DNA of 64,000 nucleotides from Balanoglossus misakiensis (Eukaryota; Animalia; Hemichordata). The notes under the pieces are model-generated. The model searched no databases and was not told the origin of the DNA. It saw only the letters and a list, made by a program, of their open reading frames with translations. The stretch's first letter is position 1; each line of letters begins with the position of its first letter. A program made the position numbers and the translations under genes. Of this stretch, positions 36,488-48,945 are shown in pieces. The stretch covers positions 4,588,001 to 4,652,000 of the forward strand of contig CM082590.2 in NCBI GenBank assembly GCA_040954595.2, given 5' to 3'.

Positions 36488-38079
36488 TTTCTACCCACAC
36501 ACTAAGTCGTGAAAACTATCAGTGATATCTAAAAACCATGGAGGTATCCCCATGCTAAAAACACACAAAATACTGCAATGTTTCAATACTCACTCTGCCA
36601 AATCTGTACAGACGAATAGTGATGGTGGAGAGTGTAAGGGGACCTGAACCCATGACTTGCTGTGAAAACAGTTGCTCGCTCCTTGGCTTGGCATGTTTTG
36701 GAGAAACATGACACCGTTCTGGATGTATAACGAACACAGGTCAAGCACTGTCTTACCATAGAACAGGCGACATTGGAGTTGATGACAGAAACACGTGCAA
36801 TTAAAACAAACTGGCAGATTCGAGCTTCTAGCCTGCATGCCATGTTAACAACGAAGACGCTGTACGGGGTCAAAGGCAAAGGGTCGAAGGTCAGCAACAG
36901 CGCCCTCTTGGGGTATATTCTGCGGAACTTTTGAAAGTTCCCGATCTCGTATCTCAAGGACGCCAGCAGAATTTCCCGCGGCATTTTAATTCTCATTCAA
37001 ATATGAAATAAATAAAACTCACCCGGTCTGAATTGGTTTGTTTAAAGGGGAGTTAGGATGGGGTCTTCCTTCGGTAGTTTTGACCCGCAATTCGGCCTAA
37101 ATCTACGAAACAAAGGCTTTAGAGAAGATATCTTATTCTTCCAATTTTCTAACGGAAGGCGTGTTTATGGTTAAATCATTTAAATCCTTTCCTAAACACA
37201 GACCTAAAGAAAATAAACCTGGTGAAGACTGGTTGGTTTAAAGGGAGTTTGACTATGAATATGACTCGATCGTTTGAAACTTCATACGACAGGTGAATTA
37301 AGTAACGCACTATATAGCGCATATCAACTTTCAAAGGCCATCTCCGAAAATGCTCATTGGAATTTCACAAGAATTTCCGAAATAATTCTCAGAATTGCAC
37401 TCAGAACAGTGGGCATAGCTGGCAAACATACTTATATCAATAACAATGTTTCAAGGACTATTTTGATTAGGCCTATATAAGAAATCGTTTTGTAGATTCG
37501 GCGGTCAAAATTATAAAACGAAAACTAAGTTTAAGGTAGAGGTCTACTCAAAATCGAAAATACAATCTAATAGAGAGAAAACTACACACCACTGATAAGT
37601 TTAACCTTTTTTTTTCTAGAAGCGTCCGAAAGCTTTAATAATGTCAAATATACACAATTTGTGAAAATTGCGTGAAATATGAAACCGCGCACATCATGCA
37701 AGAACTATGACGTCATTCCACACTACGGCAGCCAGAGAACCAAAAAAATTACAATATTAATAAAATTGCCTACCTACCTACCCTCTTTTGAAAACCATGT
37801 AATCGGAACACATATATTATTTTACTGTTGCCTAAGAGCGGAAGAGTGATGTTCAAACTTCTTCGACACGGTGATGATTCTTGCTGCTGTGTTTTGTGAG
37901 CGCTGAAGTAGATTTATTGCAGATTGAGGAAGACCGAACAGTAACGAATTGCAGTAATCAAGTTTGGTTGAAAGAACTGAAAGAATTAATGTACAACAAT
38001 CATAAGAAGACAGGTACGGATGTATTGATCCGATGCGTCGAAGACGAACAAAAACACAAGTTGTAGGGCCTACTCTCTT

Positions 38080-38240
38080 GGAGTGAGGAAGAACCCAAAC
38101 CCTAACCCTAACCCCTACCCTAACCCTAGGAGTGAGGAGGAACCCTAACCCTTAACCCTAGCCCTAACCCTAACCCTAGGAGTGAGAAGGAACCCTAACC
38201 CTAACCCTAACCCTAGGAGTGAGGAGAAACCCTAACCCAA
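38080..38240. repeat. Interstitial telomeric-like (CCCTAA)n repeat punctuated by GGAGTGAG.AG
   Basis: Four GGAGTGAG units at ~38080, 38129, 38179, 38216, separated by CCCTAA runs. Confidence 0.85.
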
Positions 38241-38440
38241 ATTAGGGTCCAAGTTGTCCTCCATGTAACCCGAATTCAAAGGTCTACCAAATAAAACCAT
38301 TATGTTTTTTAATGGTTATAAACACTGTAAATGATTGATTTCAATGAAAATTATTTATTTTAAGTTGTTGGAGCTCTAACCCTTGTATATTTCAGGATGA
38401 TAAAAACTCAGGTAACATAGAGGACCAGTCTAATGGTTAA

Positions 38441-39049
38441 AGGGGAAATCCGTCGTAGCTGATTTCTACATAATTTGGTAGCTTTGATGTCACTCTTTCA
38501 GAAAAAAACATATTCGCCATGTATAGGTCGCGCGATTTTTTACAAAATCTAGGGAAAGTTGGCAGAATTTCCAATATGGCGTTTACTGTAATTTGAATCA
38601 TGGGAAAAAAAGCGCCAGGACCAACTTCCGCCCACCTTAGTGTGGGTGATACCATTTTCCGATTGGTGTCACTGCGTCACAAGCTAAGCGTATTTGCATA
38701 TTTTCCATGGGTTATAGCTCATGAAAACTGTCAATAGATGACAAATTTTCGACTTTGCTGATGATTGTTTATCAACTGATGCAAAGAACAAACAATAGCT
38801 ATGAAAATACGCCTAGTCTGTCGCCCAGTGACACCTATCGGAGAATGGTATCACCCACACCATGGTGGGCGGAAGTTGGTCCTGGCGCTTTTTTTCCCAT
38901 GATTCAAATTACAGTAAACGCCATATTGGAACTTTCCCTAGATTTTGTATAAAATCGCGCGACCTATACATGGCGAATATGTTTTTTTCTGAAAGAGTGA
39001 CATCAAAGCTACCAAATTATGTAGAAATCAGCTACGACGGATTTCCCCT
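38441..39049. mobile_element. Long-TIR fold-back MITE with TTAA TSD (Kolobok-like)
   Basis: TTAA|AGGGGAAATCCGTCG ... CGACGGATTTCCCCT|TTAA. Arms >230 bp (mirror ORFs 38437-38655 and 38862-39053). Confidence 0.85.
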
Positions 39050-40392
39050 TTAAGGTACCTTAATGGAATTGGTTAAAAGCCTTTTGGTTGACCCTAAAAA
39101 GTAATCCAGGTGTTATTCAATTGTATAAGTGTCCCCCTTCTACCCCCTTCCAGGAAAAAAAGTGGAAAGATTTTGGTCCAAAAAAAATGCAAAAAAAAAT
39201 TCTTATACTTACTGTGAACTGGCTGCATCAGAAAAAAACGAAATCTTCACAAGCATGATTTTTGGCATAAAAATCGTTATTTCACTGAATTTTGAAAAAC
39301 CTTTTACGTTTTAATATTTTTGATGCTGATTTTTTTATACTAAAATTTTCATCAAGATTTAGGAAAATTATTCAAAAACACCTGTGTTGGGGACCACTTT
39401 GATGTTACCTGTGTATTGTCTATGGGCGAAAATACGACTTTTCTAAATTTTTGCCATTTCATTGTTATTAAACATACAGCTGTCAAACTCACATATGTAT
39501 TAAAGTTGACATAACAGCTTTCAAAACTAGTTTCAGTTTTAAAATTGAAGGTCGCTAAGTGTGTGTAGGTGTAGGTTGCAAAATACATACCAAAGGTGAA
39601 TTTTAAAATTTTCATGCTTGTTTTGTTCTGAGCACACCAGTTTGTTTATTTCTTAGGCTTTCACTCTGATTGTTCAATATGTTGATTTTTTTAATATACA
39701 CTTTGCTTTTTTAAGATTATTTTTTTATTTTAAGCATTTCAAAGATGAAACTTTGGGTAGACCATTATGAGATGTTATAGAATATTGAAAAGTTTACACT
39801 ATTAAGATTGGACACCATTAAATATTTCAAATAATGCTGCAAAATAGACTGAAATAACTCCCATTGACTTAACATGTATAAAAACAAAAGAATAAGTTTT
39901 TGGGGACACTTGGACATTTTTTTATGTTGAAAACTCGGCGAAAAACGGGTTGTTTTATGCTTATTCTAACGAAAATCTTACAATCCAATATATGGTTTTT
40001 AAGCTCAGATTAGTGGCTCTCTAACCCTGAAAACAGTTTTCCAAAAATCATAGAAATAAAATCAGAGAGCCAACGATTACAATTTGTTACGATCGTATTT
40101 TGCACTCACTTCCGGGTTTCGGCCAATTGCAGACAAATACTTTTTTATAAAAGGCTTCGTTTTATGCTTATTCAAACAATTATCTAACAATCCAATATAT
40201 GGTTTTAAAGCTTAGAACTTAGCTCTCTAACCGCTAAAACCGTTTTTCAAAAATCGTAGAAGTGAAATCAGGGAGCCAACGATTACAATTTGTTATGGTC
40301 TTTTTCCGTGTGTAGGGTTAGGTACATAGGGATTTGGGCGACAGGCAAAATCCTCAGTTTTTTTAGGTTAAGTTTACATCACTTCTGACTCA

Positions 40393-42295
40393 CTTAGAGT
40401 GGGCCGATCTTTAAAGTGTAAAGTGTTTTGAAATCGCCAATTACTGCTCTAAAACATGTTAAAGACTCGAGTTGGTATCTTTTAGAATAAATTAATAGGT
40501 TTGCTAAAAATAAAGTGATGTTTAAGTGATTCTTTTGTTTTTATGCATGTTAAAGAATAGGATAAATTATAATATTTGTGACCCTATCCTGTTTTGTACA
40601 ATTAAAGTAGTTTGAGTACTGTTTTTTTCAGGATGTATAGACATTTGAATTATCTATGCTATAGTACGTTATTTTTTTTAAATGTAGACAAGAAGTTATA
40701 AAACTGTAATTATAAAAAATAATGTCAGTGCCCCCATAGGCTTTACACTGTAGACAACAGGGTGTCATAGATTAAAATTTTGGAAAGTAAGAAAACATGT
40801 TGTTTAAAGCTTGTTATTTTCAGAGTGTGTTAAGAACATGATGGGATACTTCATACATTATTTTAAAGTTGTTACATGAACAGCAATACCAGTAGCTATT
40901 GAGTCAAAATAGGTAATTCATATATCTCACAATGACATTTTTGTTATATTGCCATGTGTTTGCAAAGTTGCTTTAAACACTTAGCATTGTCCAATTTAAA
41001 AACCATTTTCTGTTTTGAAAAGGATATAGAATACTACATAACACATTGAAGAATCAAATTTATAGTATTAGGAATAAGGAAACCGCATTGTTCCAAGTAA
41101 GGCGCTGTCAATCGACAAAGTAGACAATGCTGTTTGACCCCTTTAACAGCATATATCATCACCCAAAATTGACATTGTTTGTACCACTCTGGTTTCTTTA
41201 TTTATTCAGCAATGAAGTTCACACTTTAACAATATTTTAAATACATATTGTTGTTTATAACATATATGAAACAGTTTTAAAATCGGATGATTCTAAGTGT
41301 TTAAACCAACTTTGCAAACATATATTGCAATATAACAAAAATGTCATTGTCAGATTTATGAATCGCCTATTTTGACTCAATACCTATTGGCATTACTCTT
41401 CATGTAACAACTTTAAAAAGCATGTATGGAGTATCCCATCATGTTCTTAACACATTCTGAAAATAACAAGCATTAAACAACATGTTTTCTTACTTTCCTA
41501 AATTTTTACCTATGACACCCTGTTTTCTATATTGTAAAGCCTATTGTTCACTAACATTTTGTTTCATAATTATACTTTTATAACTTCTTGTCTACATTGT
41601 CTCATTTAGAGTGGGCCGATCTTTAAAGTGTAATCTGTTTTGAAATCGTCCACTACTGCTCTAAAACATATTAAAGACCTGATGTGGTATCCTTAAGAAT
41701 AAATTAATATTTGTGCCAATAAAAAATTGATGTCTAAGTGATTCTTTTGTTTTTATGCATGTTAAAGAATAGTACAAATGATAAAATATAAGACCCTACC
41801 CTAAGATATACAATAAAGGAGATTAAGTACTGATTTTTTCATGAATAATAGACATATAAATTCTCTATTCTGGAGTACATTAATATTTAATCAATGTTGA
41901 CAAAAGTTATAAAAATATAATTATGAAACCAAAATGTTTGTGCCCCATAGGCTTAACACTGTAGGAAACCAGGTGTCATAGGAAAACATTTAGGAAAGTA
42001 GGAAAACATGTCGTTTAAAGCTTGTTATTTTCTGAGACTGTTAAGAACATGATGGGATACTACATACATTTTTTTAAAGTTGTTACCTGTACAGTAATGC
42101 CAGTAGCTATTGATACAAAGTAGGTAATTCATTAATCTCACATGGACATTTTCGTTATATTGCCACTTTATTTTTGGCACACCAGTTGATTTATTCTTGA
42201 AGATTTCACATCGGGTCTTGAATATGTTTTAGAGTAATGATTGGCGACAGGGTACACTTTTAAGAACGACCTACTCCAAGTGTGTAAAATCTGAT
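40393..42295. repeat. Complex direct + inverted repeat block
   Basis: Direct pair 40393-40955 / 41603-42165. Inverted pair 40682-40985 / 41298-41598. 42170-42292 is inverted relative to 40393-40510. Confidence 0.7.
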
Positions 42296-42299
42296 TTAA

Positions 42300-43032
42300 G
42301 GTGGCATTGCATGAAAAGTTGTGATTTTTGCCAAATTTTACTTTTTTACATAAATCGGTAGGCCTAATACTGACCCACAACCTGACTAATACGTCTTGGC
42401 GGAAATGGTGCATAATCACCCCAAAATAGCACTTTTCTGAATGAGTTCACAGCTTAACAAATAGGTGTCAGCAATGCAAATAGCCGTTTTTCTCAGTTTG
42501 CATTTTCGCTGCTCTTGACAACTTCGGACTAAAATAGCTTCGCCCTGCGTTGGCCGAATTTGCTCAAATTTTGACAGGGAATTGTGTATGACCCATCCAA
42601 CAAAACGCTAGTTTTGTTTGTCGATAAAGTGTCCCTGGCGGGAATAAACTCTGATTCAATACAACTCACCGTGAATTTGATCAAATTTTCTGAAAATCTA
42701 ACTTTTAAACGCTGTTACTCCTCAATGGAAGCAGATAACGCAAAACAAAATTAGCGTTTTTTTGCACGTGTACTCTAGTTTTGAATGACATATTAAGATG
42801 CATGATGCATGGTCAACTTTTTTACCTATTTTAAATTTCATGACATAATATCAAAAAATGGTTTTTTTCACCCAAAATCGCCACCATTTCCGGGGATCAA
42901 TAATATTTGCAACTCAAACAAAAGTTCAAAATCTCAGCTTCCAGAATATATATGGTTTATGGGGGTTTTAACTTTTTCTTTGATGAGAAATAGGCCTCTG
43001 AAAAAGTCTCGACGGTTTCATGCAGTGCCACC
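42300..43032. mobile_element. Kolobok-like non-autonomous DNA transposon
   Basis: TTAA|GGTGGCATTGCATGAAA ... TTTCATGCAGTGCCACC|TTAA. Confidence 0.8.
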
Positions 43033-43284
43033 TTAATAACATGCATCCACTGTTCATGTAATACATGGGCAAGTTTAAATTGGGGACCAGTGTTTATCAC
43101 TTACCCTTAGCTTCATTTCTCTTCATGATTGCATTGGTTCATTTCCTGTAGATTATTGTGCATGTTACAACAGATTGACTTCAAAAGTACTGCATTTTAA
43201 AGTCGCCAGTACTTAGGACGTACACCTATTGGGCAGCACTTTAAACCACTGCATCTTCTTCAAAACATGTATGTATTTATTGAG

Positions 43285-44446
43285 TGATTGGCTAATCAAG
43301 CTAACAAGGCGTTGACCCTGCTGTCAGTTGCCAGGTGGAAACTAGGGTATTTGCAATTTGAATGTCACTTCAAGGTGTTTGATGCCATGATCTTACCCAT
43401 TCTCTGTTATGGATCGGAGATTTGGGGTTTTCAGTTTTATGACATTATAGAAAAAGTGCAAAGAACGTGGTGCAAGATTTTTCTAGGTGTGCCAAGGAGC
43501 ACTACCAATGAAGCTGTAATTGGAGAATGTGGGCGGTTGCCAGTGTATGTTCACACAATGAAACGTTGTATTCGTTACTGGGTGAAACTTATAGAGATGC
43601 CACAGGAAAGACTCCCTAGGCAACCATATTTAATGCTATGTAATCTTGACCGTTTAGGCCGTCACACTTGGGCAACATCGGTGAATACATTTTATTTTCA
43701 TTTGGGTTCGGGCACGCCTGGATTTCCCAGGAAATAGGCAATAAGCGCTTGTTCCTTTCAGCATTTGAGACAAGAATTTCGGATATTTTGAAGCAACAAT
43801 GGAAGTCACATTGTTCGTCCAAAACCAAACTCCGTACATACACACTTTTTAAATCATTGTTACAGCCTGAAAAGTATCTCAATGTCAACTGTACACGAAA
43901 TGTCAAAGACATTTTTGCATGTTTTCGCTGTTCTGCCCTTCCTCTTGCAATAGAGGAGGAAAGACATCTGAACGTGGACGTTTCAGAGACACTGTAGGCT
44001 ATGCTCTGGTGAACAAATAGAAGACGAGTATCACTTTTTACTTGTTTGCCCCTTATATGACAGTCTTAGAAAACAATATATTGGTGACATTAAGAATCCT
44101 CACTTCCAAATGTTTGTAAACTTCATGAGTGCATCAGAATCCTCCAAGATTCTTTCGCTATGTAATTATGTTTACAATGCTTTTAAACTTAGAGAAACTG
44201 TGTTAAAAAACCATGAATCCATACAATAAGCTGTTAAGTTCCTCACTTTGTATCCTGAGTATGTAATTCCACATGTTTGCTTTTTGATGTTGTCACTTGT
44301 ACTATTTGAGTACATGTATTATTTAATTCATTTTTGTACAATCTTCTGATTACCTTTATACCCCCTTGCTTATGGGCTGGAGACCTTGGAAAGCAATAAA
44401 CGTGCACTGTTGTGCACCTGAACTGAACAACAACAACAACAACAAC
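43285..44446 (+). mobile_element. 5'-truncated, frameshifted non-LTR retrotransposon (RTE-X-like ORF2 C-terminus + 3' UTR)
   Basis: PILCYGSEIWG, WCKIFLGV, NEAVIGECGRLP, CIRYWVKL, SKTKLRTY, EDEYHFLLVCPLY. AATAAA followed by a TGAAC/CAA repeat tail. Confidence 0.8.
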
Positions 44447-44696
44447 CAGACAAACAAACAATCAATCAACAACAAAAACATAATTATTCACCCCAGGAAA
44501 ATCAGTTTAGAGCCAAAAGTACTATTTCTTCTCTATAATCAGAAAAGTTGTTTGTACTTAGTTGAGTCATCAGCCTTTATATTCTGGTTTAGAAAACCGA
44601 AACATACGAGCATGTTTCCCCATTCTGAGCGTTTTTGGCCTTTAAATTTTCATCATTGCTGGTGCTGGACATACACTGAATACATTCAGACGTTAC

Positions 44697-47600
44697 CTGC
44701 ATCTGCAGTGCAGTTCTTCGTCCCTGCCTGAGCAGCAGTGGTACCAAAATCAGCACAGGCCACGTTGTTGGTGACGTCATCATCCGTCACTGTGATTGAA
44801 CCACAGACTTTGGTGTAGGCATCGCAGTTAGCAGCGTCGAGGGTAAGTGACGCGACCAGATCGGCGTAACTTCCGGACACCGTTACTGCTGTCCCGCCAG
44901 GTGCATTGTCCCCAGTCGCGGTCACTTCGGTTGATTTCGTGGAGCCATCGGCATTGCTGAAATACACTTTGACGTCACTAGGCGACCCGCCATTTCCAGT
45001 TACTGTATATGCCAATGTGAAAGTGGTGGAGACGGCTTCTCCAACGCGGAATACCCCACTTGCAGGAGCAGGCGATGTTACCGTCAATGTCGAAGCAGCA
45101 ATATCATCTAAAAAGGAAGACATGGTGTTGCTCAGTAACTTTGCACTTTCATTTGTGTTTCAAATTTAAATGGAGAAAGTCTCTCTCTCGCCGCCATCGT
45201 ACCGATTTGCACTGGTTTGGTCTGAGGGTCTTGTATAGGCCCTACTGATTAACACGCACTTGGCAGTCTAACAGGCCTGGGAGCCAGGATTCTAGGCACC
45301 CTGGAAATCAAACCAGTTTCAACCGACTTGGCAGTGTTAGGGTTAATTAAATGGACAAAATCACTCTCTCGCTGACCTTTTTCCATTAATTATGTTTGAT
45401 ACACCGTTTATGTTATTCTATATGTGGATATATAGTGAATCAACGTTCAACCACACACATCTTCCATCCCGTTTGAAAGATAGGAGAGTAAAAATCTCGC
45501 CAAAATGTATAAATGGTAAACGCCGATTATTCATTTTGGTGAGTTTTTCACTCGCGTGTCTGCAAGTGGGATGGAAGTTGTGTGTGGTCGAACGTTGATT
45601 CATTATATATCCACATGTAGAATAAAATAAACAGTGTCTTGTATCAAATATAATTAATGGAAAGGGGTTAAAGAGAGAGAGACTTTGTCCCTTTAATGGC
45701 AAACGGGCAGCGAGAGGGGGCTTTGTCCCTTTAATGATGTGCATGCATGTCACGACCGTCCAATAACAATCAGATACGATAAAGGAATATTCATGTTTTC
45801 CAAACATTCTGCAGTTATGTAAATGTATTTCTGAGAGATAGTTGAGCTTATTTTGTCTGTTAGTATATGAAGATAACATTTATGACAAATTGCCAAAAAA
45901 TTAAAGAAATCTCAGTACAGCCGGAAATTCAGGCAATTTTAAAAAAGAAAGTGAAATATTTCAATGAAAAATAAAACTATAATGCCTCAGTGGAGTACAT
46001 TTACATACATTTGTTTTAGTGGATGAGATTATGCTTTGTTTATAAAGTTTCAAAGAGGAGAATGCAACGTTTTCATTGTTTTTGAGTGTGCCCATGTTGG
46101 CCGCCATATTTCTTTGCGGCAAAGCTTTATTATTTATATGGTTAAAACTTGCACACGCAATCTAAGCGTATATGCTTCAGTGCATTCATCACTATATGGG
46201 CGAATGGTTGTACAGTTGACATGGTTTGGGGGGGGGGAGGGTAGTTCTCCCCAAAATTAAATCTCGTGGAGCTTTTAGGTATTCGTCGATATCAAATGAC
46301 GTCAGACGCGCCCAGGCGGCAGTTACGTTCGCATTCAAATTTCCAGATGACGGGCAAATTCAGCAACGTGGTGCAGACAAAGACTGTACAGACGAAATGC
46401 CATGAGGCTGATGAGGCACCATACCTGATACATGTTATGTGTTTGACGGTTCTAAAGTAAACCATGCTCGGAAAAACTTTTACTGGATGCCGAAATATTG
46501 CTTGCCCGTCATCTATGACAACGCCATGGGTCACATGGCCGGATCATGTGACTGATAGTAAAGAATAGTTTCGCAATAATTTAATACTCACTACAGATTT
46601 TGGTGTTGGCTTTGTCAGCGCCAAAGTCAACACACGCCTCGTTGTTGGTGGCGTCATCATCCGTCACTGTGATGGCAGCACACAGTTTGGTGTATGCGGC
46701 ACAGTTAGCGGTGTAGAGTATTAGCGAAGCCGTGAGGTCCCGGAAACTCCCAGAAGCTCCATATAGTATAGTGCCGCGCGGTGCATCCATACCACCTGCC
46801 GTGACTTCACCCGACTTTGTTGAGCCGTCTGCGTTGCTGAAGTAGATCTTCACAGCGCTAGGTGTTGCTCCAGCCCCTGTTACAGTATATGCCAGTGAAA
46901 GGTGGTAAATACACCCGTCCCATCAGTAAATCCACCTGTTGTTGGGTCTGGTACGGTTACCGTTAACGTTGTCGCTTCCATGTCATCTGAAACACGAAAC
47001 AAACAACACTGATTTCTACATTTGTACATAATTAAATATTAATTCGTAATTGATGACGCATTTATTTGTTATTATCACTATTTAATGGTTTGTTCCCACC
47101 TGCTTGTGTTTAACAGTGAGGGTATTACGAGTCTTCAGGGTCTATTTTACTAGTGGAAATACATGGACCGATTTTCAGTGTGTGACCGGAACTAATTCGG
47201 GAATTGATCGGCTGGCTGGTACACAGCGTGAACGGTTACGCCCAGTGATCAGTATACACATGATGACTGACAATGAGGGCAACAGTGTATTTTTGATGAC
47301 TGAGGGCGCTGCTAGTCACAACTAAAACAGTCTTGTTTTCCCGAGAGCATTGCCTGAAGGAAAACGACTGTATACACATGATGACTGACAATGAGGGCAA
47401 CATGGTATTTTGATGACCTAGGGCGCTGCTAGTCACAACTAAAACAGACTGTTTTGGTGTGACTGGCCGTCCCGAGGTCATCAAAAATACACTGTTGCCC
47501 TCATTGTCAGTCATCATGTGTTTTATAACACACAAAACACGACTCACACCACATCCAGGCAACAGTACCGGGCAGAAACCGATCGAACTGATGCCCAAGG

Positions 47601-48068
47601 GAACAGTTCAAAATGACTAAGGTCACGTGATGGCGTATTGACGAATCACAATCGAAGGTTAATTATGTGCATACCTAATTGCAGGTGGACCAATAGGGCT
47701 AGAGGTCTGGTTTATGTTGGACATGAACCAGTATGGGGTCAAAAAATTTTGCCGAAATTTTGGGTGACCTTAGGTGACCCTGACCTACTTTCCCATATCT
47801 CGGCATCCAGAGCACATACAGCCTTGGCATTTGGAGGGATGGAACACCTAATGGAGTCTCACACTTGACCTCATCCACTGTTATGGTGCGCAAATTCGAT
47901 GGTTGAACTATGTTGACCCCATTCACGCCATGTGCCAGTTTGGCAAGGGCCCCGCTACTGCTGCTTGCAGCTACATTTTTTTGCAGTGTATACATACCTG
48001 GAATTTGAGCCTGGCATATAGACAGGAAACCGAGTAGGGAGACGAGAGCCAGTGGCAGGCAGAGGGAC
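44697..48068 (-). CDS. Secreted protein with tandem beta-sandwich (CARDB/Ig-like) modules; exons 48068-47998, 46986-46592, 45107-44697; partial
   Basis: Signal-peptide exon SLCLPLALVSLLGFLSICQAQIP. Two homologous phase 1-1 exons share KV/IYFSNADGSTKS.EVTA, ANC.AYTK.C, ITVTDDD.TNN.AC.DFG. GT-AG sites are consistent. 1-nt deletion in a T-run at ~46898. Confidence 0.75.
45346..45696. mobile_element. AGGGACAAAGTCTC-family TTAA MITE
   Basis: Palindromic ~345-bp unit ending GACTTTGTCCCTTTAA. Confidence 0.75.
47252..47520. repeat. Direct + inverted repeat cluster (cacatgatgactgacaatgagggcaac)
   Basis: Direct copies at ~47252 and ~47370; inverted copy at 47475-47520. Confidence 0.8.
47640..47978 (+). 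mobile_element. 3' fragment of a HINE-like element
   Basis: One gtgcatacctaatt...gggtgacc internal unit, then terminal GGGCCC..TGCTGCTTGCAGCT + T-run. Confidence 0.6.
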
Positions 48069-48599
48069 CTGTGATTGATTGAATGAATGCAAAGAAAAGG
48101 AGTGAAACATTACAAACGCGCAGCGTCAGTCACATCTTGTGTTTCTCTCGTCTGTATTCAATACACGCAATTTGTTCAAGGAAATACTTTCATTAAAAGC
48201 CCATCTCTCGATCCCAGGGCAGTACAATGGATTCAAACATGAAAGTCTTTGTCTTAGCACGTAACTGTTTATTGGAAACAAAAGATTTGACCCACTGTTG
48301 AGTAAGGCCTTTAAAGGCACATAAGCTGCAACTTTTGGGATCATTATCATAATTTGTTTTCAAACTGTACAAACATTAGCCCATGCAAATGTAGGCACTG
48401 AACTATATACAAGTATTAAAATCGCTAAATATAAGTGCTCTTTCCCAACCTAAGAAACGTGTACATGGTGATAATATTCTACGTGGTAGAAGTTGATTTC
48501 GTGAAGGAATACAAAGGGACCCGCTGGCAACGTAAGTGGAATGGCATAAGGCGTAAGTACCGGAGGTTTTCTGAGTCCTTTACCGCTCCGATCCCCATA

Positions 48600-48945
48600 T
48601 TAAAGGGACACAGTCTCTCTCACTGCCCGTTTTTCTATTAATTATGTTTGATGCAAGATACTGTTTATGTTATTCTACATGTGGATATATAGTGAATCAA
48701 TGTTCGACCACACACAACTTTCATCCCGTTTGTAGGATATAAGAGTAAAAATCTAGCCAAAATGAATAAATGGTTAAGACCATTTTGGCGAGTTTTTCAC
48801 TCTCGTGTCTACAAGTTGGATTGAAGTTGTGTGTGGTTGAACGTTGATTCACTATATATCCACATGTAGAATAATATAAACAGTGTCTCTTATCAAATAT
48901 TATTAATGGAAAAAGGGCAGCGAGAGAGAGACTTTGTCCCTTTAA
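48600..48945. mobile_element. AGGGACAAAGTCTC-family TTAA MITE
   Basis: TTAA|AGGGACACAGTCTCTC ... GAGACTTTGTCCCT|TTAA. Confidence 0.8.

Noticed and set aside
37850-38066. Short ORF with a hydrophobic start beside the telomeric repeat
   Set aside because: No recognisable domain or consistent exon structure.
38437-39053. Paired ORFs with the same peptide on both strands
   Set aside because: A consequence of the fold-back MITE arms.
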